A DNA stretch of 64,000 bases. It comes from Sulfuritalea sp. (GTDB lineage Bacteria; Pseudomonadota; Gammaproteobacteria; Burkholderiales; Rhodocyclaceae). The notes beneath the pieces were generated by a model. That model was given only the letters and a program-made list of their open reading frames with translations. It was not told the origin of the DNA and searched no databases. The DNA lies in contig JADJVS010000001.1 in the NCBI GenBank assembly GCA_016710465.1, positions 15,255 through 79,254 of the forward strand, read 5' to 3'. Made by a program: the position numbers and the translations under genes. The first letter of the stretch is position 1. Every line of letters begins with the position of its first letter. Shown in pieces: positions 46,059 to 56,330 of the stretch.

Positions 46059-47253
46059 GCTTGCGCTTTCCATGCGCTTTCCGCTGGGAAGCGCGGACGA
46101 TATTGCGCCGGCGCCCGAGCCGGTGTTTTCGCCTTTGCGGGTCGAATTTCTCGCCGGCCTGTCAAAGGCCTTGTTCGCCGATGCCTCCGCCAAAAGCCAC
46201 CCCGATGTCGCCGCATTCGCTTTTTGGTGTCGTCGCGCGAACATCGAAACCTGGGCCTCCAGACATCGCCCGAGTGGCCTGCGCATCGGTCTGGGTCCGG
46301 TCTTCCACGTTGCCCCCGCCAATGTGCCGATCAATTTCGCCTACTCGCTGGCGTTCGCGTTTCTCGCCGGAAACACAAGCATCGTCCGCCTGCCCTCCCG
46401 GCATGGCGAGCAGATCGATCTCGTGATCCGGGCGTTGCAGGAAGTGCTCGCGGAGCCGCGGTTTGCCACGCTGCGTTCGGCCATTCATCTGCTTCGCTAC
46501 GAGCACGACGATCGCATCACCGAGTTCTGGCTGCAAAACACCCTGGGGCGGATCATCTGGGGTGGCGACGCCACGGTCGCGCACATGCGCGGCCTGAGGG
46601 CGCATCCGCGTTCCCGCGAGATCGCGTTTTCCGACCGATACTCGTTTTGTGTCGTGAATGCCGCCGCCATTCTGGCGGCCGACGCGGGTGCCTTGTCCGA
46701 TCTGTACCTCAGGTTCGCCAACGACATGTATCTGATGGACCAGCATGCCTGTTCCTCGCCCCACATGCTCGCCTGGATCGGCGAAGCAGGCGAAGTCGAC
46801 GATGCCAGGCGCCTGTTCTGGCCCGGCTTCGAGTTGCTGGCACAATCAAGATACGAACCGGAACCGATACAGGTCATGGACAAGTACGTGGACACCTGCC
46901 GCGAGATCATCGACTCGCCCACTGTCGATGCCGTCGTCTTGCGGCATCCCGCGCTCACGCGCATCCGCCTGTGCTCCCTGACCAACGACCTGTATCGGCG
47001 GCGCGGGTATTTCGGCACGCTGCACGAACTGTCCCTCCCCTCCCTTTCGAATATCGCGGCAGGCATAGACCCGCGCTGCCAGACGATGACCTATTTCGGT
47101 TTCGATGCCGAGGAACTGAGAAGCTTCGTTGTCGACCAGCGCCTGCTCGGCCTGGACAGAATCGTGCCGATCGGCAAGGCCCACGACATGGGCTATTCCT
47201 GGGATGGCTTCGATCTCATCGGCGCCCTGTCGCGCGTGGTCGAAATAAATTAG
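46036..47253 (+). CDS. LuxC-family acyl-CoA/acyl-protein reductase (aldehyde-forming)
   Basis: 'HVAPANVPINFAYSLAFAFLAGNTSIVRLPS', 'MDQHACSSP'. Overlaps luxE by 23 nt. Confidence 0.75.
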   Translation: MSITIPPELALSMRFPLGSADDIAPAPEPVFSPLRVEFLAGLSKALFADASAKSHPDVAAFAFWCRRANIETWASRHRPSGLRIGLGPVFHVAPANVPINFAYSLAFAFLAGNTSIVRLPSRHGEQIDLVIRALQEVLAEPRFATLRSAIHLLRYEHDDRITEFWLQNTLGRIIWGGDATVAHMRGLRAHPRSREIAFSDRYSFCVVNAAAILAADAGALSDLYLRFANDMYLMDQHACSSPHMLAWIGEAGEVDDARRLFWPGFELLAQSRYEPEPIQVMDKYVDTCREIIDSPTVDAVVLRHPALTRIRLCSLTNDLYRRRGYFGTLHELSLPSLSNIAAGIDPRCQTMTYFGFDAEELRSFVVDQRLLGLDRIVPIGKAHDMGYSWDGFDLIGALSRVVEIN

Positions 47254-47359
47254 CCCGGCGGTGCCACGAGGCACCGGCGATCAACGGCACCCGGGCCTCA
47301 ATCGGGCATCCGGCGCGAGGGCAAAGTCGGCGCCCGTGAGACGCCGAATCCGCGGGAGC

Positions 47360-47863
47360 TCAGCCAAGCGCCTTCAGCGCCGCGTCGTAATCCGGCTCCT
47401 GCGCGATCTCGGGCACCATCTGGCTGTGCACTACCTTGTCATTCTCGTCGAGCACGACCACCGCGCGCACGGTCAGGCCGACCATCGGCCCTTCGGCGAA
47501 GGCCACGCCCCAGTCCTTCATGAACTCGGGATGGCGGAAGGTCGAAAGGTGCGCGACGTTGGCCAGTCCCTCCATGTCGCAGAAGCGCTTGGCGGCAAAC
47601 GGCAGGTCGCCCGAAACACACAGCACCACGGTATTGGCCAGGCTGCCGGCGGCCTCGTTGAACTTGCGCGTGGATTTGGCGCAGGTCGGCGTGTCGATGC
47701 TGGGATAGATGTTGAGCACCTTGCGCTTGCCGGCAAAGTCCTTGAGACCAACATCGGCCAGCGTGCCGCTGGTCAAGGTCATAGCCGGGGCCTTGGCGCC
47801 GACACCGGGAAAATCGCCGTCGACGCGAACCGGATTGCCGCGCAGGGTGATGGTTGTACTCAT
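47360..47863 (-). CDS. tpx: Thiol peroxidase
   Basis: '[10 protein letters not shown]' peroxidatic Cys, '[16 protein letters not shown]'. Confidence 0.92.
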   Translation of the reverse strand: MSTTITLRGNPVRVDGDFPGVGAKAPAMTLTSGTLADVGLKDFAGKRKVLNIYPSIDTPTCAKSTRKFNEAAGSLANTVVLCVSGDLPFAAKRFCDMEGLANVAHLSTFRHPEFMKDWGVAFAEGPMVGLTVRAVVVLDENDKVVHSQMVPEIAQEPDYDAALKALG

Positions 47864-47905
47864 ATGTAGCTCCTCTCTGGGGTGGTGGTTGGGGGATACG
47901 GGAAA

Positions 47906-48679
47906 TCAGTGTAACCGAGCAAGACGCGGAAGTACCGCGTTGGCATTTGCCGAGGTAGCCGCGGCCAGATCCTCCACCGCCAAACCACGCAACGCCGCCA
48001 TGGCCAGCGCGATCCCCGGCAACTGGTCGGGTGAATTGCGCCCGCCGGCCAGCCAGGCCGGCGGGATGTCCGGCGCATCCGTCTCCAGCACGATGGCATC
48101 GAGCGGCAGGGTCGCGGCCAACTCACGGATGCGATTCGCGCGAGGAAAGCTCATGGCGCCGCCGAACCCCAGTTTGAAGCCCAGCTTGATGAATTCGTCG
48201 GCCTGCTGCCGGCTGCCGTTGAAGGCATGTGCAATGCCGCCGGGCACGGGGCACCGGCGCAGGTGCTTGAGCACCTGGTCGATGGCCCGCCGCACATGCA
48301 GCAGGACCGGCAGGCCGGCGTCGCGAGCGATTTCAAGTTGGGCACCGAACCAGAACTCCTGGCGCGCATCATCGCTCGCCTCGATGAAGCGATCGAGCCC
48401 GATTTCACCGACCGCCACGGGCTGTTCGCGTTGGATGATTTCACGCAGGACGTCGAGGTCCGGCTCGCGGGCGCGATCGACATACATCGGATGGATGCCG
48501 TAGGCCGGCCGGCAGCCAGCGAACTCCCGGCATACCGAAGCCACGGCGCCGAAATTCGCGCGCTCCACGGCCGGCACCACGATACGGCCGACACCGGCGG
48601 CCGCGGCCGCGTCTGCCACGGCATCCCGATCGGCATCAAACTCGGCCGCATCGAGATGGCAGTGGGTGTCAACCAGCAT
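47906..48679 (-). CDS. TatD-family metal-dependent hydrolase
   Basis: 'MLVDTHCHLD', 'GEIGLD', 'LHVR', 'ETDAP'. Confidence 0.88.
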   Translation of the reverse strand: MLVDTHCHLDAAEFDADRDAVADAAAAAGVGRIVVPAVERANFGAVASVCREFAGCRPAYGIHPMYVDRAREPDLDVLREIIQREQPVAVGEIGLDRFIEASDDARQEFWFGAQLEIARDAGLPVLLHVRRAIDQVLKHLRRCPVPGGIAHAFNGSRQQADEFIKLGFKLGFGGAMSFPRANRIRELAATLPLDAIVLETDAPDIPPAWLAGGRNSPDQLPGIALAMAALRGLAVEDLAAATSANANAVLPRLARLH

Positions 48680-48682
48680 GGC

Positions 48683-48877
48683 CTACCCGACTTCGTCGAT
48701 CCAGGCCTGCTGGATGGCTTCGAGCTTCTTCTCGCCGCAATGGCTTTCACTTTCCTCGAAGCCCGGAAGCTCCATGACCCAGGTCATCAGGTCGACGAAA
48801 TTGATGCGCGTCGGATCGACGTCAGGGTGCGCATCGGCAAGCTGAATCGCAATCTCCAGGGAGTCTGTCCACTTCAC
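48683..48877 (-). CDS. iscX: Fe-S assembly protein IscX
   Basis: GTG start overlapping the fdx stop. '(M)[21 protein letters not shown]...FVDL'. Confidence 0.8.
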   Translation of the reverse strand: MKWTDSLEIAIQLADAHPDVDPTRINFVDLMTWVMELPGFEESESHCGEKKLEAIQQAWIDEVG

Positions 48878-49221
48878 TTTTTCGAGTGCCCTTCCTTGAC
48901 CATGTTGATGGTGTATTTCGGAATCTCGATCACCAGCGGCGTCTGCCCGACCACGGCCTGGCACGAGAGGCGCGAACTTGGCTCAAGGCCCCATGCCTTG
49001 TCGAGCAAGTCTTCCTCGAGCTCCTCGGCCTCGCCCAGGGAATTGAATCCCTCGCGAATCACGACGTGGCAGGTGGTGCAGGCGCATGATTTCTCGCAGG
49101 CGTGCTCAATCTCGATGTCATTGGCGAGCAGCGCGTCGCAGATCGTGGTGCCCGGCGCGGCATCGAGCACGGCGCCGTCCGGACAAAGCTCGACATGGGG
49201 AAGGATGATGATCTGGGTCAT
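48874..49221 (-). CDS. fdx: ISC-type [2Fe-2S] ferredoxin
   Basis: '[12 protein letters not shown]' and 'SRLSCQ' cluster ligands. Confidence 0.92.
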   Translation of the reverse strand: MTQIIILPHVELCPDGAVLDAAPGTTICDALLANDIEIEHACEKSCACTTCHVVIREGFNSLGEAEELEEDLLDKAWGLEPSSRLSCQAVVGQTPLVIEIPKYTINMVKEGHSKK

Positions 49222-51092
49222 GCGTCGAGTCCAATCTGGTCGATCTTCTTGCCGGCCAGCGCCTTGCTGACGTTCTTGTTCATGCGCCGTGCGGCAAACT
49301 CGTTGGTGCCCTTGCTCAGCGCATCCATGGCCTGATCGATGGCGCGCCGATCGTCGCCCATCACCGCCGCCTGCAGACGCACGATGGCGTTGTCGATATA
49401 ACTGCGTTCCTCGGCCGACAACAGTTCGGCATCGTCCTTGAGCGCCGAAGCCACCGCCTCTATCAGGCGCTGGGCTTCGACCTGGGCCTCGCGCAGGGCA
49501 CGACGGAAGGCGTCGTCCGAGGCATGGCTGAAGCTGTCCTTGAGCATGGCCGCGATTTCGTCGTCGGAAAGCCCGTAGGAGGGCTTGACCTCGATGCGGG
49601 CCTCATGACCGGTCGTCTGCTCGCGCGCCGTCACCGACAGCAGGCCGTCAGCATCGACCTGGAAGCTGACGCGTATCCGCGCCGCGCCGGCCACCATCGG
49701 CGGTATGCCGCGCAGTTCGAACCGCGCCAGGCTGCGGCAATCGGAAACCAGCTCGCGCTCGCCCTGTACCACGTGCACCGCGAGCGCGGTCTGGCCGTCC
49801 TTGTAGGTGGTGAACTCCTGGGCACGGGCGATCGGTATCGTGCTGTTGCGCGGAATCACCTTTTCCACCAGCCCGCCCATGGTTTCCAGTCCGAGCGACA
49901 GCGGGATCACGTCGAGCAGCAGCCAATCGTCACCGGCGGAGCGATTGCCCGCCAGCAGGTTGGCCTGGATCGCCGCGCCCAGCGCAACCACTTTGTCCGG
50001 GTCGAGGTTGTTGAGCGGCTCCTGGCGAAAGAACTCGCCGACGGCGTGCTGGATCTGCGGCATGCGCGTCGAGCCACCAACCATCACCACGCCCTTGATG
50101 TCTTCCGCCGCAAGGCCGGCGTCGCGCAAGGCCTTGCGCGTCGGTACCAGGGTCTTCTGCACCAGGGTGCGGGTGATCTCGGTGAAGATATCGGTGGTCA
50201 GGGTGACATCGACATACTCGCCGCTGCCGAGCTTGACCGTGATCGGCGCCTCGTCGTGCTGCGAGAGATATTCCTTGGCTTCACGCGCCCGCACCTGCAG
50301 CAGGCGCACATCGTGTGGCGACAGCGGCGCCAGGCCGGCCTGCTCGATGATCCAGCAGAAGACGCGGTGATCGAAATCATCGCCGCCCAGAGCCGAATCG
50401 CCGCCCGTCGCCATCACCTCGAAGACGCCCTTGGACAAGCGCAGGATGGAAACGTCAAACGTGCCGCCGCCGAGGTCGAATACCGCATAGACGCCCTCGG
50501 CGCCATTGTCGAGACCGTAGGCGATGGCGGCGGCCGTCGGCTCGTTGAGCAGGCGCAGCAAATTCAAGCCGGCGAGGCGTGCGGCGTCCTTGGTGGCCTG
50601 GCGTTGGGCGTCGTCAAAATAGGCGGGCACGGTGATCACCACGCCGGTCAACTCGCCGCCGAGCGAGGCCTCCGCCCGGTGGCGCAAGACCTTGAGCACT
50701 TCGGCCGAAACCTCCACCGGACTCTTGATCCCCTGCGCGGTTTTCAGCTTGACCATGCCTTCGGCGTCGATGAAATCGTAGGGCAGCATTTCGACGTGGG
50801 CGATGTCCTTGCGGCCTCGGCCCATGAAGCGTTTGGCCGAAACCACCGTATTGCGCGGATCGGACGCCTGATGGCTCTGTGCCACGTAACCGACTTCGAT
50901 CTCGCCGCCGGCGGCATAGCGCACGATCGACGGCAACAACGGCCGGCCGCGCTCGTCGTTGAGCACCACGCTCATGCCGCTGCGCACCGTGGCTACCAGT
51001 GAATTGGTGGTGCCCAGGTCGATGCCGACCGCAAGCCGATGTTCGTGGGGAGCCGCCGATTCTCCGGGCTCCGCGATTTGAAGGAGTGCCAT
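49218..51092 (-). CDS. hscA: Fe-S cluster assembly chaperone HscA (Hsp70)
   Basis: '[12 protein letters not shown]', '[10 protein letters not shown]'. Length 624 aa. Confidence 0.95.
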   Translation of the reverse strand: MALLQIAEPGESAAPHEHRLAVGIDLGTTNSLVATVRSGMSVVLNDERGRPLLPSIVRYAAGGEIEVGYVAQSHQASDPRNTVVSAKRFMGRGRKDIAHVEMLPYDFIDAEGMVKLKTAQGIKSPVEVSAEVLKVLRHRAEASLGGELTGVVITVPAYFDDAQRQATKDAARLAGLNLLRLLNEPTAAAIAYGLDNGAEGVYAVFDLGGGTFDVSILRLSKGVFEVMATGGDSALGGDDFDHRVFCWIIEQAGLAPLSPHDVRLLQVRAREAKEYLSQHDEAPITVKLGSGEYVDVTLTTDIFTEITRTLVQKTLVPTRKALRDAGLAAEDIKGVVMVGGSTRMPQIQHAVGEFFRQEPLNNLDPDKVVALGAAIQANLLAGNRSAGDDWLLLDVIPLSLGLETMGGLVEKVIPRNSTIPIARAQEFTTYKDGQTALAVHVVQGERELVSDCRSLARFELRGIPPMVAGAARIRVSFQVDADGLLSVTAREQTTGHEARIEVKPSYGLSDDEIAAMLKDSFSHASDDAFRRALREAQVEAQRLIEAVASALKDDAELLSAEERSYIDNAIVRLQAAVMGDDRRAIDQAMDALSKGTNEFAARRMNKNVSKALAGKKIDQIGLDA

Positions 51093-51142
51093 GTGCTGTA
51101 ATCAGTGGCGCCCTTGCAGGCGCTTCGGTCTATTCGTAAGTA

Positions 51143-51685
51143 TCAGGCCAGTACGGCCTCGAGCGCGTCATCGATCTCGTGCAACAGCTTTTCCTGAAAC
51201 ATTAGTTGGCGGACAAGCTCGGCTGCCACCGGGAAATCCTGCCGCGTGTCGATCAGCTCCTGCAGGCGCTGGTATTCCCCCTTCATCTCGGAGACCAGCG
51301 TGCGGCGCAAACCGTCAAGCGCCGTGTCGTCAGCGCCGACTCTTGCCTCAGCCACAGCCTCGCGCAACTCCATCTGCGCCACCAGGAATTCCATGGGCAT
51401 GGACGTATTGCTTTCGACCTGGGCATCGTGCCCCTGCAACTGCAGCAGGTAGCGCGCGCGGGCCAAAGGCGACTTCAGGGTCTGATAGGCCTCGTTAACC
51501 CTTGTCGCCCACTGCATGGCCAGACGCTGATTGGCCTCGGATCCCTGCGCGTGCTTGTCGGGATGCACCTGGGCCTGGATGTCACGGAAGCGTGTTTCCA
51601 GCGCCGCCGCATCGATGCCCTGTGCGCGCGCCAGGCCAAACAGGGCGAAGTAGTCGGCGGAAAAATCCAGCGGAAAGGTCGTCAC
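51143..51685 (-). CDS. hscB: Co-chaperone HscB (J-domain)
   Basis: 'YFALFGL...HPDK' J-domain plus C-terminal helical domain. Confidence 0.9.
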   Translation of the reverse strand: MTTFPLDFSADYFALFGLARAQGIDAAALETRFRDIQAQVHPDKHAQGSEANQRLAMQWATRVNEAYQTLKSPLARARYLLQLQGHDAQVESNTSMPMEFLVAQMELREAVAEARVGADDTALDGLRRTLVSEMKGEYQRLQELIDTRQDFPVAAELVRQLMFQEKLLHEIDDALEAVLA

Positions 51686-51698
51686 GACAACCCGAGGC

Positions 51699-52106
51699 TC
51701 AAACGTTGAAGGACTCGCCGCAGCCGCAGGCGTCCTTGACGTTCGGGTTGTTGAACTTGAAGCCCTCGTTGAGGCCTTCTCGCGCGTAGTCGAGCTCGGT
51801 GCCGGAAAGATAGGGCAGGCTCTTGGGATCGACCAGCACCTTCACCCCGTGACTGATGAACTCGATGTCCTCTGGATTCGGGCCGTCGGCGAATTCAAGC
51901 TTGTAGGCCATGCCCGAGCAACCGGAGGTACGCACACCAAGGCGGATGCCGATACCCTTGCCGCGCTTGGCGAGGAACTTGGCGATGTGATCGGCGGCCC
52001 GCGGCGACAGCGTTACCGGGCTGGCACGCTCGGCACCCTGCCATCCGGCGGGAACCGCCTGTGCTTGGGATGCGGCCTCGGGACTGGTCGTGGTACATGC
52101 GCTCAT
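51699..52106 (-). CDS. iscA: Iron-sulfur cluster insertion protein IscA (with ~29-aa N-terminal extension)
   Basis: '[16 protein letters not shown]', C-terminal 'CGCGESFNV'. Confidence 0.88.
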   Translation of the reverse strand: MSACTTTSPEAASQAQAVPAGWQGAERASPVTLSPRAADHIAKFLAKRGKGIGIRLGVRTSGCSGMAYKLEFADGPNPEDIEFISHGVKVLVDPKSLPYLSGTELDYAREGLNEGFKFNNPNVKDACGCGESFNV

Positions 52107-52108
52107 GG

Positions 52109-52492
52109 TCAGGCTCCGTGCTTCTTCTTGTAGTCGGCCACCGCCGCCTTGATCGCATCCTCGGCAAGGATGGAACAGTGGATCTTGACCGGCGGCAAGG
52201 CGAGTTCCTCGGCGATCTGGGTGTTCTTGATTTCCAGTGCCTGGTCGATGGTCTTGCCCTTGACCCATTCCGTCACCAGCGAGGAGGAGGCGATGGCCGA
52301 GCCGCAACCATAGGTCTTGAACTTGGCGTCCTCGATGACGCCGTCCTTGCCGACCTTGAGCTGGAGCTTCATCACGTCGCCGCAGGCCGGAGCGCCGACC
52401 ATGCCGGTGGCGACGCCTTCGTCGTCCTTGGCGAAGGAGCCGACGTTGCGCGGATTTTCGTAATGCTCGAGTACTTTTTCGCTATATGCCAT
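52109..52492 (-). CDS. iscU: Fe-S cluster scaffold IscU
   Basis: '[11 protein letters not shown]', '[12 protein letters not shown]', 'LPPVKIHCS'. Confidence 0.95.
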   Translation of the reverse strand: MAYSEKVLEHYENPRNVGSFAKDDEGVATGMVGAPACGDVMKLQLKVGKDGVIEDAKFKTYGCGSAIASSSLVTEWVKGKTIDQALEIKNTQIAEELALPPVKIHCSILAEDAIKAAVADYKKKHGA

Positions 52493-52502
52493 GATGGTTT
52501 CC

Positions 52503-53714
52503 TTAGTGAGCAGCCCATTGCACGGAGTTCAAATCAACGCCGTCCTTGTACATTTCCCACAGCGGCGACAGATCGCGCAGCTTGCCCAGCTTGTCGTGCA
52601 ACAGCTTGATCGTGAAATCGATTTCCTCTTCGGTAGTGAAGCGGCCGAGGGTGAAGCGGATCGAGCTGTGCGCCAGTTCGTCCGAACGTCCCAGCGAGCG
52701 CAGCACATAGGACGGCTCCAGGCTGGCCGAGGTGCAGGCCGAACCGGAGGACACCGCGATGTCCTTGATCGCCATGATCAGCGACTCGCCCTCGACGAAG
52801 TTGAAACTGACATTGAGGTTGTGCGGCACACGCTGCTCGATGTCGCCATTGACGTAGGTTTCCTCGATATCCATGAGGCCCCTGAGCAATTTGTCGCGCA
52901 GCATGCGGATGCGCTCATTCTCGGTAGCCATTTCCTCGCGCGCAAGACGGAAAGACTCGCCCATGCCGATGATCTGGTGCGTCGCCAGGGTGCCCGAACG
53001 CATGCCGCGCTCGTGGCCGCCGCCATGCATCTGAGCTTCCAGCCGGACGCGCGGTTTGCGCCTGACGTAGAGCGCGCCAATACCCTTGGGACCATAGGTC
53101 TTGTGCGCGCAGAAGGACATCAGGTCGACCTTCAGCTTGGACAGGTCGATCGGCATCTTGCCCGTGGCCTGCGCCGCATCGACGTGGAAGATCACGCCCT
53201 TTTCGCGACAGATCTCGCCGATTTCGGCGATCGGCTGGATCACGCCTATCTCGTTGTTCACTGCCATCACCGATGCCACGACGGTATCCGGGCGCAGCGC
53301 TGCCTTGAACTGCTCGACAGTGATCAGCCCGTTTTCCTGCGGCGTCAGGTAGGTCGCCTCGAAGCCCTGGCGTTCCAGTTCCTTGACCGTATCGAGCACG
53401 GCCTTGTGTTCGGTGGACACCGTGATGATGTGCTTGCCCTTGGTGCCGGCGTAGAAGTGCGCCGCACCCTTGATGGCGAGGTTGTTCGATTCGGTGGCGC
53501 CCGAGGTCCAGATGATTTCCTTGGCATCGGCGCCGACCAGCGCCGCGACCTGCTCGCGCGCCTCCTCGACGGCCTTCTCGGCGTCCCAGCCATAGACATG
53601 GGAGCGCGAGGCCGGGTTGCCGAAATGCTCGGTCAACCAGGGAATCATCTTCGCCGCCACGCGCGGATCAACCGGGGTGGTGGCCGAGTAGTCGAGATAC
53701 ACCGGCAGTTTCAT
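52503..53714 (-). CDS. iscS: Cysteine desulfurase IscS
   Basis: '[19 protein letters not shown]', PLP-Lys '[10 protein letters not shown]', active-site 'SSGSACTS'. Confidence 0.93.
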   Translation of the reverse strand: MKLPVYLDYSATTPVDPRVAAKMIPWLTEHFGNPASRSHVYGWDAEKAVEEAREQVAALVGADAKEIIWTSGATESNNLAIKGAAHFYAGTKGKHIITVSTEHKAVLDTVKELERQGFEATYLTPQENGLITVEQFKAALRPDTVVASVMAVNNEIGVIQPIAEIGEICREKGVIFHVDAAQATGKMPIDLSKLKVDLMSFCAHKTYGPKGIGALYVRRKPRVRLEAQMHGGGHERGMRSGTLATHQIIGMGESFRLAREEMATENERIRMLRDKLLRGLMDIEETYVNGDIEQRVPHNLNVSFNFVEGESLIMAIKDIAVSSGSACTSASLEPSYVLRSLGRSDELAHSSIRFTLGRFTTEEEIDFTIKLLHDKLGKLRDLSPLWEMYKDGVDLNSVQWAAH

Positions 53715-53742
53715 GCCTGAATCCATTGACGATTTCTCCAGT

Positions 53743-54900
53743 TCAGCGAACAAGGGCCGTCAGACCCCTGAGTTGCAGGATTGTAGTGTTCAAGGCGCCC
53801 AGAAAATCACGCACCTGAACAAGGGTATTGTCCGCACCAAGGCTGACGCGCACCGCGGCACGCGCCAGTTCCGGCGCCACGCCCATCGCCAGCAGCACAT
53901 GCGAGGGCTCTGGATTGGCGCTGGAACATGCGGCACCGGCGGCGACCGCGAAACCGGCACGGTCAAGCTTGCCGACCAGGGTTTCGCCGTCGACGCCATC
54001 GAAGGCAAAGTAGCAGGTATTCGGCAAACGCTCGGCACCGGCGGAAAAGATCGTCGCGCATTGCGCCAGCAGGCCGGATTCCAGTTCCGTCCGTAGCGCC
54101 GACAACTCGCTTATCCGCCGGTCGAGTCGCGATGCCGCGAGTTCGGCGGCGATCCCGAAACCAACGATCGCCGCGACATTCTCGGTACCGGAACGCATGC
54201 CGCGTTCATGCCCGCCCCCGGCGATCAGCGCTTGCAGCTCGACGCGCTTGTCAAGCACCAGCGCCCCGGCGCCCTTGGGCCCGCCCAGCTTGTGGGCCGA
54301 GAGCGTCATGGCATGCACGCCGGCGGCATTGAGCGCGCGGAAATCAAGCCTCATGCGACCGCAGGCCTGTACCGCATCGGTATGGAACCATGCCCGCGCC
54401 GAGGCGGCCCGCGCCGCCAGCCCGGCCACGTCCTGCACCGCGCCGGTTTCGTTATTGGCCAGCATCACCGATACCAGGGCCGGCTTGTCGGCAAGTGCTG
54501 CTTGAAAGTCGGCGCCGGCGACACGGCAATTGTCATCCACTTCGACTTCGCGCAGCCGCCAACCTGACTGTCGCAAAGCCTTTGCCGGCTCGCGCACGCA
54601 GGGGTGCTCAATGGCGGAGATCGCGATCGTGCCCGGCGACAGGCAGGCGGCCGCGCCCTTGATGAACAGGTTGTTGGCCTCCGAACCCCCGCTGGTGAAC
54701 ACCACCTCGGTGGGATGCGCTCCCACGGCGTGGGCCACGCGCTGCCTCGCCTCGTCGATCGCCCGCCGCGCCGCGCGCCCATAGTCGTGGCGGCTGGATG
54801 CGTTGCCGAACCTCGCATCGAGGTAGGGCAGCATCGCCTCACGCGCCCGCGCATCGAGGGGCGTGGTCGCGTTGTGATCGAAATAGACGGGGGCAAACAT
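53743..54900 (-). CDS. Second, NifS-like class V cysteine desulfurase
   Basis: '[12 protein letters not shown]', '[12 protein letters not shown]', 'AAGAACSS'. No IscS-type C-terminal tail. Confidence 0.8.
   Translation of the reverse strand: MFAPVYFDHNATTPLDARAREAMLPYLDARFGNASSRHDYGRAARRAIDEARQRVAHAVGAHPTEVVFTSGGSEANNLFIKGAAACLSPGTIAISAIEHPCVREPAKALRQSGWRLREVEVDDNCRVAGADFQAALADKPALVSVMLANNETGAVQDVAGLAARAASARAWFHTDAVQACGRMRLDFRALNAAGVHAMTLSAHKLGGPKGAGALVLDKRVELQALIAGGGHERGMRSGTENVAAIVGFGIAAELAASRLDRRISELSALRTELESGLLAQCATIFSAGAERLPNTCYFAFDGVDGETLVGKLDRAGFAVAAGAACSSANPEPSHVLLAMGVAPELARAAVRVSLGADNTLVQVRDFLGALNTTILQLRGLTALVR
54504..54527. repeat. Dispersed 24-nt repeat copy 3 (inside the NifS-like CDS)
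   Basis: GAAAGTCGGCGCCGGCGACACGGC is identical to 14443-14466. It encodes 'CRVAGADF' on the minus strand. Confidence 0.7.
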
Positions 54901-54918
54901 CGCGCTTCGCTTCGGCGT

Positions 54919-55410
54919 TCAGGCGGCGGCGAGTTCCTCGGCGGGCCGACGCGAACGACGCAGCGGCCGCTCGTCGTGCAATACCGCCGTCTGGCCGGTA
55001 CGCTCGCGTTGCTGGGCCACAAGCTCGGCCAGCGTGACCGAACTCAGATACTCGAACATCTTTTCGTTGAGGCTGGTCCACAGCTCGTGGGTCATGCAGG
55101 GGCGCTGGTCCTCGGCACAATTGCCCTTGCCGCCGCAGTTGGTGGCATCGAGGGTTTCATCCACGGCATGGATGATCTCGGCAACGGAAACACCCTCCAG
55201 CGGCTTGGCCAGGCAATATCCGCCGCCGGGACCGCGCACGCTGGATACGAGATGGCGGCGACGCAGCTTGCCGAAGAGCTGTTCCAGATAGGAAAGGGAA
55301 ATCTTCTGCCGCTCACTGATCCCGGCCAAGGTGACCGGGCCGGTGTGCTGACGCAGGGCAAGATCGATCATCGCGGTAACGGCAAAGCGGCCTTTGGTGG
55401 TCAGTCTCAT
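54919..55410 (-). CDS. iscR: Rrf2-family Fe-S regulator IscR
   Basis: 'MRLTTKGRFAVTAMIDLA', 'ISLSYLEQLF', Cys triad 'CGGKGNCAEDQRPC'. Confidence 0.9.
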   Translation of the reverse strand: MRLTTKGRFAVTAMIDLALRQHTGPVTLAGISERQKISLSYLEQLFGKLRRRHLVSSVRGPGGGYCLAKPLEGVSVAEIIHAVDETLDATNCGGKGNCAEDQRPCMTHELWTSLNEKMFEYLSSVTLAELVAQQRERTGQTAVLHDERPLRRSRRPAEELAAA

Positions 55411-55457
55411 GTGTACTCTCCGTAGGGTTATGCACTCGAAAACACATCGGGAAATCA

Positions 55458-55482
55458 ATACCCGAGCATTTCCATCAACTAT
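55458..55482 (-). promoter_or_regulatory. IscR type-1 box candidate
   Basis: Minus strand reads ATAGTTGATGGAAATGCTCGGGTAT, matching 21 of 25 positions of ATASYYGACTRWWWYAGTCRRSTAT (consensus from memory). Lies 48 nt upstream of the iscR ATG. Confidence 0.5.
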
Positions 55483-55499
55483 ATTTGGACTTGACCGTT

Positions 55500-56252
55500 T
55501 TAGTCAACTATTTTCGAGATTAATTTCGGATCGAAATTGTCGGCCGTGGCGACATCGTCCTCCAGCGCCACGCCGCAACGCTCCATGGTCTTGAGCAAGG
55601 CCTCGATGCGGCGGTCTGTTTCCACGGCATGGTCGAGCAAGCCATGGATCGCCATGGCCAGCGGATCGTCTTCGGCGCGCGTCACGGCGTAGGCCGAAAA
55701 TCCCATCTGCCCGGCCTTGACTTCACGATCGATCTCACTGCGGTCTTCGATGATCCTCGCCGGGATGCCCACCGCCGTCGCACCCGGCGGCACGTCACGC
55801 ACCACCACCGCGTTCGAACCGACCTTGGCGCCCGATCCGAGCGTGATCGGCCCCAGCACCTTGGCGCCCGCGCCGATCACCACGCCGCGCTGCAGCGTCG
55901 GATGCCGCTTGCCCTTGTTCCAGGACGTGCCGCCGAGCGTTACGCCGTGGTACAGGGTGCATTCATCCTCGATCACCGCCGTCTCGCCGATGACCACGCC
56001 CATGCCGTGGTCAATGAACACGCGACGGCCTATCGTTGCACCCGGATGGATTTCGATGCCGGTGAAGGCACGCGTAAGATGAGACAAGGCACGCGCCAGC
56101 CAGCGCATGCGGGCACCCCACAGCCAGTGGGAAACCCTGTGCAAGGTAAGGGCATGAAAACCCGGATAGCAGGTCACCACCTCCCAGGTCGAACGGGCCG
56201 CCGGATCGCGTTCGAAAACGCAAGCGATGTCTTCGCGCAAATGATCAAACAT
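55500..56252 (-). CDS. cysE: Serine O-acetyltransferase
   Basis: '[20 protein letters not shown]', '[28 protein letters not shown]'. Confidence 0.9.
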   Translation of the reverse strand: MFDHLREDIACVFERDPAARSTWEVVTCYPGFHALTLHRVSHWLWGARMRWLARALSHLTRAFTGIEIHPGATIGRRVFIDHGMGVVIGETAVIEDECTLYHGVTLGGTSWNKGKRHPTLQRGVVIGAGAKVLGPITLGSGAKVGSNAVVVRDVPPGATAVGIPARIIEDRSEIDREVKAGQMGFSAYAVTRAEDDPLAMAIHGLLDHAVETDRRIEALLKTMERCGVALEDDVATADNFDPKLISKIVD

Positions 56253-56330
56253 GGATGAATTTATTGAAATTTCAGCTACGGCAACTTGACGTCCTGCGAT
56301 GGTAAAAATCCCGATAGAAAAGGTCAAGTT

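Noticed and set aside
47259-47276. Hairpin CGGTGCC-ACGA-GGCACCG between luxC-like and tpx
   Set aside because: Short stem with no adjacent T-run on either strand. The degenerate dispersed-repeat hairpin at ~47323-47347 is a better terminator candidate for tpx, and neither is strong enough to annotate.
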